A DNA stretch of 64,000 nucleotides from Roseibacillus sp. (lineage in GTDB: Bacteria; Verrucomicrobiota; Verrucomicrobiia; Verrucomicrobiales; Akkermansiaceae), in contig CBDEUM010000012.1 of the NCBI GenBank assembly GCA_965242925.1, positions 160,001 through 224,000 on the forward strand. Direction: 5' to 3'. Positions 38,801 through 48,027 of the stretch are shown piece after piece (the stretch's first letter is position 1; each line of letters starts with the position of its first letter). The translations under genes and the position numbers were made by a program. Below the pieces are notes generated by a model. That model was not told where the DNA came from and searched no databases. It saw nothing but the letters and a program-made list of their open reading frames with translations.

Positions 38801-41800
38801 ATTGCTGATGAAAGTCGCATTGAAATACTGGTTCGAAAGACGTGGGAAGGCATAGTTGTTCTTTGACTCTCCCGATGCTCCCCCACCGAGATAATCGATA
38901 TCACGGGTCGAGATCACGAATCTCTGCGTGCGCAGGTCACTTGCAATGTTGCTGTTATCAACCACGTAGAGAGCTGGAGCACCAGGCGCCAGTCGGGGCA
39001 CATGATTCGTGCCTGCCGCAGAGGCGGCCTCCACGTAAAACTGGGTGATGGTATTATCGCTGCGGGACGGAAGAGTCGTGCTGTAGATTCCGTCACTTGC
39101 CACCAGGTCGCCATTGACACCGCTGTCATTCATGACCTGGGTTCCCCATGAATTGCTCCAGGTGGCGTTGTCCAACCGATGCCGCAGGTTAACGGAAGTC
39201 AGGGGACGCACAGATTCCACCCGCACCGTAATGGCAACTGAATCCGAGGAGGTGGGCACCGCCGGACTGTGCATGATCTCCGAGAGTGTGGGCAGGGGAC
39301 TGGCTTCCGTCCGGGAGTTGGATGCTCCCGGCGTCCCCAGGTTCCGCGGAATGGGTAACCGGATGATATCCCCGAAGCTACGATCCCAGGTATGCACAAT
39401 CAGGGTGGGTTTGCCATACACCCAGCGGGCCTGGCACTCCCATACCAGGTCGTCATTGTCTGAGATGGAGGTCACATCAATCTCGCAGCGATTCGCCTTC
39501 ACATCTCCGTGACCGGTCGAGACGATGCGGAATTCGTTCCCGGACATGTAACTCTGGTAATGAGTGCCCTGGCACAGCCAGCCGTTGGAAGCATTTCCGT
39601 TGGTAACCACTCTTTCTCCGTCATTCGGAAGAAAATTGGATCCGGCTCCGTTTTCTCTCAGGCTCATATTGCGCAGCGCGATGTGGGCATCTCCCACCGC
39701 ATGCACGTGGAGTTCCTTGTAGTTTGAACTGCCCCCCCGTGAGTTGTTCTGCAGGTACCGGTCGGAAATGGTGTAGGTCTGGAAGGTTGATTTTCCGGAC
39801 TCATCCGAGTCGGCCCACGCACTCGCCTTTGAGTTGTCCATGTCGGGATTCCGCAACTCGAGACTGCTTCCCAGTCCACCCGCCAGGAAGGGCCATTCAC
39901 CACCGGTGGCATAGTGCACTTCGTCCGCAAGGTTGCCCCACGAGTCAATGAGTCGGACGCACTCTCCACTGTTGCTGAGATTATCGGTGAAGGGACCGAG
40001 GACGCGTGCACCTGGATGGGCCTGCCGGGTATACTCAGGGTTGGAGGCAACCACCAGGTATTCCCCCGGAGCAAGGCTCGTGCCACCAGGAAAGGCGTAT
40101 GTTACTCCCTCGTCGATTCTCCATCCCCCCAGATCGATTGCGGAGCCAGAGTTGTTATACAGTTCAACATACTCCCCATCCCGCTGGCTCGAAGGAGGCT
40201 CCACCATCAACTCGGTCATCACGATACCCGTTTCCCTGGTGGGATTGTTGAGAGCATCCTTACTTCCCACCACCGAAGAGTAAAACTCCCCCGATCCATC
40301 CGGGTAGGCCGCCGAGTAATCCCTCCCGGATGCCTGCTCCACAACGGCGGCATCGATCACACGGTTTCCTGCGTCGATGAGCCAGAGCACTTCGTCGCCA
40401 CCTCCCGTGGAGAAGGAAACCGGCCAACTCCTGACTCCCTGGGGCGAAATCGATCCAGTGAGGGGAACCTTGTCAGTGAAATCACGGCGACTCGAAAGAA
40501 AGAGTCCCGACATGTTCTGGGTGACGCTGCTGCCATTATGGAGTTCGATCCAGTCGATATCCCCTCCGGCATCGTAGTGCACTTCATTGATGGCAAGCAC
40601 GGTCCCGAGTTCCGAGGCACTTGAGTTGGCCGCATCCCGCGTGGGCGAGGTGAAAAGAAACCAGCTGCCTGATCCTGATGGCTTGCGTCCCAGGGAACGT
40701 CCATCGATGGGCATGGCGGTATCGACCCCGTTCACGATGGTGGACCCGTCACTCTGGGTCAGATAGACCACGGTGGGACTGCCCACCGTGAGGCCGGCCT
40801 CCGAGTAACCGAGGGAGACGAGACCGCCCGCCGGCACGTTGAGCGCACCTGGGATCTGGTACTTGGTCAGGTTGCTCACCGAGTTACTGAGATACCAGCC
40901 CCCGATATCCATATCCGTCCCGGTGGGATTGTAGAACTCCACGAATCCCGTTCCGTTCTGCGGAAGCACCTCGTTGATCACGATACTCGGTGCATTCGGA
41001 GTGGAAATATTCACCCGCGCGCCGAAGACCACGTCCGAACTGCTTGTTCCCGTCTGATGCACCTCAACCGCAAGAACATTGGTCCCCACCACCAGCGACG
41101 GAGCACTGCTGGTAACAACGGCTTCCTCTTCGCTGGCATCACTAATCGTGCGACTGGCGGTGGTGGTATGACTTGCGCCCTCGCTCACTCCAATACCGCC
41201 CAGCCATTGACCATTGAGCCAGAAGCCCGCCCCATCATCGAGAATGGTGTCGATCGAGATGCCCGTGCCCACCACCGTGCCGTTGAATTCAAAGGTGGTC
41301 CGGAAGTAGTAGGTGAGGATGTCGTTTCCCGGAGAGTTGGGATTTTCGAACGGGGTTGTAATTCCAGGAGAGGGCACCACTGAAGTTTCATAGCCGAAGA
41401 GTCCCGGACCGCTGTCCCACCCTGCATCATTGAAACCCACCTCTTTCCAGGATATGCCCTGGTTGGATCCGTCATCGAGATACTTCCAGCTGTGGTCGTA
41501 ATTGATGTAGGGAGCCCCTACCGAAAGATCGACTTCCGGATTGGAATAGGGCTCCTCTGCGGCAGTCGGCTCCCCCGTTCCGGGAGTTCCCCCAGGCGCG
41601 CTGCTAGGGCCCCAGAGACGATAGTCATCGATGGCATAATTGTCGTTCTTCAGAACCAGGCTGTGCCCGCCCCCATCCGCTTCAATGGACCACGGTGCCC
41701 GGTCATCGTAGCGGAGAGTACATACCATCGCACCGTTCTTGTCGCGCAGGTTGATTCGCTCGCCTTCGTTGGCCATGGAACCGGTCCAGGGACCGAAGAC

Positions 41801-42121
41801 CCTTACCGATCCGGGCAGACTGTAGGCGGCCCGGAAGGCGGCTGGATCAACCCCACAGATCACGATGCGTTCCCAGGGTTTGAGAAAATTGCTCTCGTGG
41901 TCGCCATCGTTGTATCCCGGGAAGTCGTATGCGACCGCCCCGCGCATACGCCACTGCGCGATATCAAAAACCGTCGCGGTGAGGTTCTCGACTTCCAGAA
42001 ATTCGTAGAGGCCTGCCGGGGGATGATACATCACCTCGCTGACGACAACCTGCTCTGCCTTGATCTGTGAGAACGAACCGACTGCCATCAGGACAGTGGG
42101 GATCAACAGGTGGATTTTCAT
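35819..42121 (-). CDS. Giant secreted protein: lamin-tail domains, CotH-type kinase, PKD/Ig, lectin-like domain, TSP3-like Ca-binding repeats, C-terminal module
   Basis: Signal peptide from ATG 42121; repeated LTD starts (VVSEVMY, VINEV, AINEVHY, VMTELM, RVTELMY); DWDT...KNGYF...WDSDLTFG; DTDGDG repeats. Confidence 0.88.
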   Translation of the reverse strand: MKIHLLIPTVLMAVGSFSQIKAEQVVVSEVMYHPPAGLYEFLEVENLTATVFDIAQWRMRGAVAYDFPGYNDGDHESNFLKPWERIVICGVDPAAFRAAYSLPGSVRVFGPWTGSMANEGERINLRDKNGAMVCTLRYDDRAPWSIEADGGGHSLVLKNDNYAIDDYRLWGPSSAPGGTPGTGEPTAAEEPYSNPEVDLSVGAPYINYDHSWKYLDDGSNQGISWKEVGFNDAGWDSGPGLFGYETSVVPSPGITTPFENPNSPGNDILTYYFRTTFEFNGTVVGTGISIDTILDDGAGFWLNGQWLGGIGVSEGASHTTTASRTISDASEEEAVVTSSAPSLVVGTNVLAVEVHQTGTSSSDVVFGARVNISTPNAPSIVINEVLPQNGTGFVEFYNPTGTDMDIGGWYLSNSVSNLTKYQIPGALNVPAGGLVSLGYSEAGLTVGSPTVVYLTQSDGSTIVNGVDTAMPIDGRSLGRKPSGSGSWFLFTSPTRDAANSSASELGTVLAINEVHYDAGGDIDWIELHNGSSVTQNMSGLFLSSRRDFTDKVPLTGSISPQGVRSWPVSFSTGGGDEVLWLIDAGNRVIDAAVVEQASGRDYSAAYPDGSGEFYSSVVGSKDALNNPTRETGIVMTELMVEPPSSQRDGEYVELYNNSGSAIDLGGWRIDEGVTYAFPGGTSLAPGEYLVVASNPEYTRQAHPGARVLGPFTDNLSNSGECVRLIDSWGNLADEVHYATGGEWPFLAGGLGSSLELRNPDMDNSKASAWADSDESGKSTFQTYTISDRYLQNNSRGGSSNYKELHVHAVGDAHIALRNMSLRENGAGSNFLPNDGERVVTNGNASNGWLCQGTHYQSYMSGNEFRIVSTGHGDVKANRCEIDVTSISDNDDLVWECQARWVYGKPTLIVHTWDRSFGDIIRLPIPRNLGTPGASNSRTEASPLPTLSEIMHSPAVPTSSDSVAITVRVESVRPLTSVNLRHRLDNATWSNSWGTQVMNDSGVNGDLVASDGIYSTTLPSRSDNTITQFYVEAASAAGTNHVPRLAPGAPALYVVDNSNIASDLRTQRFVISTRDIDYLGGGASGESKNNYAFPRLSNQYFNATFISNESEVIYNSEIRKSGSPWTRSEGESLSRAKWKSPRDRRFRGYTRRSIDNDAGGSKGYHNRIIRYWLYLLGHAYNENEFVRVIVNGSSASLREDVEPNANDFLKRNWDQGEKGELYRIDDEWWFEDSWSRGQRNADWSYKGTREPERYHAEWIKRSREDEYDYSSFINWVELVGQDTFSRPEIERMADIDLMAANAAVRGWCDDWDTLTRNRGKNGYFLRRYSDGKWQLAQWDSDLTFGSSSAEFIGNLTGVRNFFLKPYVRQRLNYYIGEMVDNYTAGSGRLSTWFTLEEAASGSYSANASTYNNFNNRRANNARSSAIGSTALNMAFNVTSGGGGTIRTSGQTLSLRGTSPYNVFTVGILGHPEAECVFNSETSWTINAIQLRQGLTTLTIQGLDRDGNVVHTDTVNVNKSGNARPVVDVDSRPDSFNVSVVDDLDLDATGSYDPEGTNLSFSWSVNPEAGATLTNPTVDTSEVIFGNPGLYDITVTASDANGGGSSEVREVSVYADSGWSPFTDRLLESWWTLENMEVRHDYSGGSWYSLNDRPGNLIVKLGDSAPRPLTGSNPSHPVMWREVPDSGDFTLQTDMTLDSVQRGDFMAGLILEVQEGATSSRYVFGMEDGNALRVKRSSGGSYTQLYNRSYSGGTAVIRIRREGGNLRFERRLEPGVWTTIYSRSIPDSSTMGRGGLFAANDTARASRFRFDYVMVVDPSASGPAVNHLRVTELMYEPTGGNILEFVELVNTGNTPLNLDGVSFDGGDPFDAFTFSALTLDPDEHVVLVADTAAFQAEYGGAVRVMGEWTGGSLSNSGEKIVLRDDAGNIIHDFNYDTVAPWPVAPAGQGPSLEVIDTEGDYNDPANWRASAIVGGTPGAGVVLDTDGDGLSDTNEALAGTNPLNPDTDSDGSLDGAEVQAGTDPLDSSSIFRIIRLSRNPVTGFLTVIWSSVPGKSYTLEASSDMVNWVDASSGILATGSSTSQLDPGAAGQERRFYRARVE

Positions 42122-42328
42122 GTGAGATTTTTCTGCGAGGGGTGACGTTCTGACACCACGGACCTTTAGAATATCGTCACTCTGCATTCGGGCAAAGTTG
42201 AATGATCACGCCAATTCCTGCTAATTCAGCCATCTTTACCCCAGAAGAGGCACCCGGTCAGCCCCCCCAAGGCGGCGGCATGACCCTGGTTAAATCAGCG
42301 CTTCCATCACGACCCTGCCTCCCCTGCA

Positions 42329-45300
42329 CTACTCAACAATCACGCGATAGAAGAGTTCGGTGGCCCCTGCCCCGTCATGAGGAATCATGGTGGTGCCCTC
42401 CGTGGCCTCCACGGTAGAAACATCCGTCCAACTTCCCTCCGTCAGGTCCGGGCTCACCTGCAGGGTGTAGCTCCGCCCCGGAACGCTGTGCCATGTCGCC
42501 TGGGTGGCACCTCCCACGCGCACCACTTCGATAAGGCGAAAGACCGAGAGACGGTCCAGGGGATCGGTCCCGGCCGCCACCTCTGCGCCATCGAGCGCTC
42601 CATCGCCATCGGTGTCAGGATTGAGAGGATCCGTTCCGATCGCCGCCTCTTCGCTATCGTCCAGTCCATCATTATCCGGGTCACCGAGGGACACTTCACC
42701 GGGTGTTCCGCCCACCTCCACACTGGCACGCCAGTTGGCAGGATCATTATAGTTTCCTTCCGTGTCGATCACTTCCAGGGAAGCCCCCAGTCCATCCGCT
42801 TCAATTGGCCAGGACGGTTGATCAGAATACTGGAAATCGTGGATGATGTCTCCCTGCGGATCAATGAGCACGATCGACTCGCCACCATTGCTCACACTGC
42901 CATCCGCCCATGCCGCCAGAACCCGGATGCTTCCCCCGTAGATGGCCTCGAAGTCGAGTTCGTCGGCCACCACCACAGCCACCTCACCAGGTGCCAGGTC
43001 GATATCGCCGAAAACCAGTTCGGCAAAGGGATCGCCGTCCTGGAACTGTACCTGAGAGAGATTGATGGTGGCGTTCCCGATATTCATCAGTTCGATGAAC
43101 TCCAGATCGAACCCGTTTCCGAGATCGAGAGGATTATACATAATCTCCGTGATCCGCAGTGAGTCCACGGCCGGGCCGATCGCCGAGGCATCTGCCACCA
43201 TGAAGTAATCAAACTCAAAACGGGCCATGATGGGCGCGGGCGTAGAGGCAAAGATTCCCGTCTGCGTGAGGGTGGATTCGGCCGCCATCCCCGCCACGTG
43301 AAGGGACTCCCAGACACCCGGGCTGGTCCGATAGTCGAAATGGAGGTCATCCCCCACCCGCCGGATGCGGACCACCGCGCTGTCTTTGACCCAGGAGATG
43401 GAGGCCAGGCGCGTCTCGGTCGTTCCCACGATTTTCTTCACCCGGAGGAAATCTCCGTTTTCCATGCCCACCGCATAAATCACCTGCTGTCCATCTTCCT
43501 GCGCCTTGAGGATCAGGCCCGCGATGAATCCTCCCTGCTGAATGTTGGAAAGTTTCACGTCGGTCTGCAGCAGGACGTCGCCAGTCCCGGAAACATCACG
43601 CCAGAGGACCGGATAGGCCGGTGTCTGACTGCGCATCGACTTGGCCACGTCGTCGTTCAGTTTGAGGACCAACTGACCCGGTCGATCACCGAGAGAGTAC
43701 CAGGCGCTCCCGCTGTAATCATGACGCACTTCCACGTTCTCTTCGGTCCACCCCTCCGAGAGCGTCTCATCGGTGAAGGGATGCCAGCCGGATTCCGCGT
43801 ACACTGCAATCTGCCGGGTGGCCACCGTTTCACGCTGGTCGTCATCTTCCACCGTTGCGGTGAGGAGATAGAGCCCCGGTTGAGGGAACTGAACGTTAAC
43901 ACGATCAGGAGATGGATTGTCCAGGACCGCCCCTTGATCTACTTCCCAGGAGAAGGTGAGGCCCGTGCCCTCCGGATCAAAACTCGCGCTCGCGTCCACC
44001 ACCAGGGTCTCGTGCATGCCGATGTTGAAGGAAGACGGCGTGCTGTTGAGATCCACGACTGGAGGTGCATTACCACTCTTGTTGATGCTGAAAGTGTCAC
44101 TGTCCACTATCAGGCCTTCCGAATCGAGCGCCTCGAACTCAAGGGCATTGCGCCCTTCCCTCAGGTAGATGCCCGAAACCGTCCACTCAGCCTGGTCGGT
44201 GAACTGGATCACCGCCTCCGGGTGCCCGACCACGCGGATATCGAAAGCCCGGTGATTGCTTGTCCCCTCCAGGTCTATGACATTCTCCGAAGTGTTGGAG
44301 GGGCCACTCACTTCAAAGCGCGCGTTGGAGACCGCGCTTCCAATCTCGTTGTTCATGGCATAGCTCACCCGCCCGTTGTTGAAGTTGTGGTACCTGCTCG
44401 GGTTGATGGAGACTCTCCGGTTGGAGCGCGTTTCCAAGTCGAACCAGGTCTCGAGGCGCTCGGAATCCTTGGTGTACTTTTCCACCATCTCACCGATGTA
44501 GTAGTTCACCCGCTGCTCGACATAGGGCTTATAGAAGAAGTTGCGCACGCCCGGAAGGCCCCCGATGAAGGGAGCCGAGGTATTCCCAAAGGTGAGATCG
44601 GAGTCCCACTGCAGCAGGATCCACTTGCCATCGCTGTACCTGCGCAGGAAATAACCGTTCTTGCCCCGGTTGCGGGTAAGGGTATCCCAGTCGTCGATCC
44701 AGCCCCGCACCACTGCATTGACCGCCATCAGATCAATGTCCGCCATACGCTCCACTTCCTCGCGGGTGAAGCGGTTCTGTCCCACCGCAAAGACCCAGTT
44801 GAGGAAAGACCCGTAATCGTATTCATCCTCCCGGGAACGTTTCATCCACTCGGCGTGGTACATGTTGGGTTCAACACTGCGACCGTCCACTCCCCAGTCG
44901 GCATTCTCCTGAGAGCGGCCCCAACCGTCGTCGAACCACCACTCGTCATCGATGCGGTAAAGCTCCCCCTTCTCTCCCTGCTCCCAGTTGCGTTTCAGGA
45001 AATCGTTGGCGTTGGTCTCCACGTCTTCCCGGATCATTGCCGGTCCGTTGTTGATCACGATTCGAATGAACTCGTTTTCGTTCGAGGGATGCCCGAGAAG
45101 ATAGAGCCAGTAGCGCGTCAGACGGTTGTTGTGGGACCTGCCCTGCACCGGGTCGTCATCGATCGCACGGCGGGACCAGCCCCGGTAACGCCTGTCCCGG
45201 GGACTCTTCCACTTGAGGCTCTTGCCCTGCGAGGTGCTGAAACCGTCGGAGCGCTGCCACGGACTCCCGGCCTTGCGAAACTCGGCATTGTAGATGATGT

Positions 45301-47683
45301 GCCGTTCGTTGGCGATGAAGGTGCAGTTGAAGAACTGGTTGGAGAGGCGGGGAAAGGCATAGTTGTAGGAGGAACCCTGTCCCGTATTCCCCAGGGCCTG
45401 CACGCTACGGGCAGACAGGATGAAGCGCTGGCTCCGCAGATCCCGTGGGACTGCGGTGGTATCAACGATGAACATGGCTGGTCGCGCCGGCGCCAGACTC
45501 GGCATCACGGTGGCATCTCCGTTCCCGTTGTCGCTCTCCACGTAGAACTGCGCAATCGTGCCATCCGAGGCATACTGGTCCAGGGTGGCCGTATAGATTC
45601 CGTCTCCCGCCACGTTGTCCCCGTTGGTCCCATCATCCACCATGAGGGTCGTGCTCCAGGGCGAATTCTGGTTCGTGCTGTCGAGGCGATGGCGCAGATT
45701 AACGGTGGGCACGGTGGCAGAATCCACTTTCACTGTGACCTCCACCGAATTGCCACGCGGAACGGCCGGACTGTGAATGAGTCCGCTCAGAGTAGGCACC
45801 GCCGCGGAAATCAGCGCCGAATTGGGTGCTCCCGCGGTCCCCAGATCCCTGGGCACGGGCAGCCGCAGCACCCCACCGAAGGAACGGTCCCAGGTGTGCA
45901 CGATCACGGTAGGCTTTCCGTAGACCCACCGGGCCTCGCACGCAAATGTCAGGGAATCCGACCTGTTCATCCCGGTCACGTCGATCTCCACCCGGTTGGC
46001 CTTGATGTCCCCGTGACCGGTCGAGACAAGATGAAACTCGCGTCCCTCCATGTGGCTGAGGTGTTGGGTTCCCTGGCAGAGCCATCCGGTTGATCCCTGG
46101 CCGTTGTTGCTGACCCGCTCCCCGTTGCTCGGCAGCAGATTGGGTCCCACCCCTCTCACGGAAAAGTTCATGTTCCGCATTGCGATCTGGCAATCGCCCA
46201 CGCCATGCATATGCAACTCCTTATAGCTGCTCTCCTGACCCATCGTACGCAACCGATCGTAGCGGTCCGTGATGGAAAAGCTCGTCCACTCTCCCTTCTC
46301 TGACTCGTCGGAATCCCTCCAGGCAGTGGGGACGGAGTTGTCCATCTCCGGATGACGCAGTTCGAGGGAACTGCCGAGGCCGCCCGCTTTCTCGGGCCAG
46401 TCCCCGCCGGTATGGTAGTGAACCTCGTCCACCAGGTTGCCCCAGGCATCCTCAATGCGGAGGAGTTCGTTGTTATTGCTCAGGTTGCCGCTGTACTGAC
46501 CGATGATGCGGGCCTGCGGGAAGGCGGCCCCCGTAATGCGCTGATTGGCAGCAATGATGACATGCTCGCCGGAGTCGATCACAGCCCCATCCGGGAAGCG
46601 GAAGCTCACTCCCTCCGAGATCTGCCAGCCACTCATGTCCACGCCGGAACCTCCCTTGTTGTAAAGCTCGATGAACTCACCATCACGATGCCCGGAAGGC
46701 GGCTCTACCATGAGTTCATTGATGACCACCCCGGTCTCACGATCCGGATTGTTCGGAGCGTCCCGGCTTCCCTGGGCAGAGGAGAAAAAGTCGGACGATC
46801 CATCGGGGTAAGCCGCGGCGTGATCACGCCCCGTCTCCCGGTCATAATCCACCGCACTACGCACGACATTGTTGGAATCGACGAGGAAGGCCACGCTGTT
46901 GTTGGAGAACCCCACATCAAAGCTGAGGAAGCCATTCCCCGGCACTGATCCCGAGATATTCACCTTGTCGCCAAATCCTCTGGCCCCGCTCAGGAAGAAC
47001 CCGTCCACACTCTGGGGCGCCTGGGAGCTGTTGTGGATTTCAATCCAGTCGACATCCCCATTCTCGTCGAAATGCACCTCATTGATGAAGAGCGCGGAAA
47101 CCACCGCACTGTCGGAATTGCCGGGAAATCCGCCCACTCTTGAACTGGAACCCCAGCTCCGGTAGTCATCAGTAGCGCGCTCGCTATCTGTCAGGACCAG
47201 ACTGTGCCCCGCACCGTCGGGAGCAACAGGCCACGGGTACTCGTCATCGTAACGCACCGACGCCACGATGACTCCGTTCTTGTCCCGTAACGTGATCCGC
47301 TCACCCGCGTTGTCCAGAGAGCCCGTCCATGGACCGAACACCTGGATCGCTTCCGATACGCCGTAGGCGGCACGGAAGGCAGCAGGATCGCCCTCACACA
47401 CCACAATCTTCCGTCGACCAATAAGGAAGGAATCCGTGGCAGCGGCGGGATCGAATGCAGGGAAGGTGTAACTGACACCGCCGGTCACCTCCCATTCCGC
47501 AATATCAAAGACGGTAGAGGTAAGATTCTCGATCTCGATGAATTCCGGAAGCGGAGTTTCACCCTCTGGAACCATCTGCGGATGATACATGATCTCCCTG
47601 ATGACAACCTGCTCGGCACGGAGGGATTGAGTGAACAAAGGGACACAAAGGAACGATATGGTGATCGCGAGGGAACGTTTCAT
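42329..47683 (-). CDS. Paralogous giant secreted lamin-tail/CotH-kinase protein
   Basis: Signal peptide; VIREIMY, FINEVHF, VINELM, RITEIMY; same kinase motifs; DPDNDG/DTDGDG repeats; C-terminal FYRVIVE. Confidence 0.88.
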   Translation of the reverse strand: MKRSLAITISFLCVPLFTQSLRAEQVVIREIMYHPQMVPEGETPLPEFIEIENLTSTVFDIAEWEVTGGVSYTFPAFDPAAATDSFLIGRRKIVVCEGDPAAFRAAYGVSEAIQVFGPWTGSLDNAGERITLRDKNGVIVASVRYDDEYPWPVAPDGAGHSLVLTDSERATDDYRSWGSSSRVGGFPGNSDSAVVSALFINEVHFDENGDVDWIEIHNSSQAPQSVDGFFLSGARGFGDKVNISGSVPGNGFLSFDVGFSNNSVAFLVDSNNVVRSAVDYDRETGRDHAAAYPDGSSDFFSSAQGSRDAPNNPDRETGVVINELMVEPPSGHRDGEFIELYNKGGSGVDMSGWQISEGVSFRFPDGAVIDSGEHVIIAANQRITGAAFPQARIIGQYSGNLSNNNELLRIEDAWGNLVDEVHYHTGGDWPEKAGGLGSSLELRHPEMDNSVPTAWRDSDESEKGEWTSFSITDRYDRLRTMGQESSYKELHMHGVGDCQIAMRNMNFSVRGVGPNLLPSNGERVSNNGQGSTGWLCQGTQHLSHMEGREFHLVSTGHGDIKANRVEIDVTGMNRSDSLTFACEARWVYGKPTVIVHTWDRSFGGVLRLPVPRDLGTAGAPNSALISAAVPTLSGLIHSPAVPRGNSVEVTVKVDSATVPTVNLRHRLDSTNQNSPWSTTLMVDDGTNGDNVAGDGIYTATLDQYASDGTIAQFYVESDNGNGDATVMPSLAPARPAMFIVDTTAVPRDLRSQRFILSARSVQALGNTGQGSSYNYAFPRLSNQFFNCTFIANERHIIYNAEFRKAGSPWQRSDGFSTSQGKSLKWKSPRDRRYRGWSRRAIDDDPVQGRSHNNRLTRYWLYLLGHPSNENEFIRIVINNGPAMIREDVETNANDFLKRNWEQGEKGELYRIDDEWWFDDGWGRSQENADWGVDGRSVEPNMYHAEWMKRSREDEYDYGSFLNWVFAVGQNRFTREEVERMADIDLMAVNAVVRGWIDDWDTLTRNRGKNGYFLRRYSDGKWILLQWDSDLTFGNTSAPFIGGLPGVRNFFYKPYVEQRVNYYIGEMVEKYTKDSERLETWFDLETRSNRRVSINPSRYHNFNNGRVSYAMNNEIGSAVSNARFEVSGPSNTSENVIDLEGTSNHRAFDIRVVGHPEAVIQFTDQAEWTVSGIYLREGRNALEFEALDSEGLIVDSDTFSINKSGNAPPVVDLNSTPSSFNIGMHETLVVDASASFDPEGTGLTFSWEVDQGAVLDNPSPDRVNVQFPQPGLYLLTATVEDDDQRETVATRQIAVYAESGWHPFTDETLSEGWTEENVEVRHDYSGSAWYSLGDRPGQLVLKLNDDVAKSMRSQTPAYPVLWRDVSGTGDVLLQTDVKLSNIQQGGFIAGLILKAQEDGQQVIYAVGMENGDFLRVKKIVGTTETRLASISWVKDSAVVRIRRVGDDLHFDYRTSPGVWESLHVAGMAAESTLTQTGIFASTPAPIMARFEFDYFMVADASAIGPAVDSLRITEIMYNPLDLGNGFDLEFIELMNIGNATINLSQVQFQDGDPFAELVFGDIDLAPGEVAVVVADELDFEAIYGGSIRVLAAWADGSVSNGGESIVLIDPQGDIIHDFQYSDQPSWPIEADGLGASLEVIDTEGNYNDPANWRASVEVGGTPGEVSLGDPDNDGLDDSEEAAIGTDPLNPDTDGDGALDGAEVAAGTDPLDRLSVFRLIEVVRVGGATQATWHSVPGRSYTLQVSPDLTEGSWTDVSTVEATEGTTMIPHDGAGATELFYRVIVE

Positions 47684-48027
47684 CTTTCTGGGATCCTATA
47701 AAAAGGGGGAATAATGGATTTCGGCCGCCCAGTGGCCTCGACATTCATTTTTCCCGCACAAACCCTCATGTAAAGGTGGAAAGAGAGCAGTCTCGACAGT
47801 GTTCTTTTGAACAGTTTTTAAGGCGGATCCGGCCGGAATACCTGTCACCCATCCACTCGCCTCCCGCAAGGATTTCTTGCAATCGCTTGAAGAAAAACAA
47901 ATCTGGCAGGCCCCTCCTCTCCACCCTTGGCCCACGTGAACGAGTGAGTAGGCAAATTCGGGTTGAGATGAGATAATGATTATTTAACACCAACTACGCG
48001 GAAGACCGACCGGATCCGCTCCCTGTC

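Noticed and set aside
43298..46093. 931-aa plus-strand ORF
   Set aside because: Antisense to the well-supported LTD/CotH gene; no motifs
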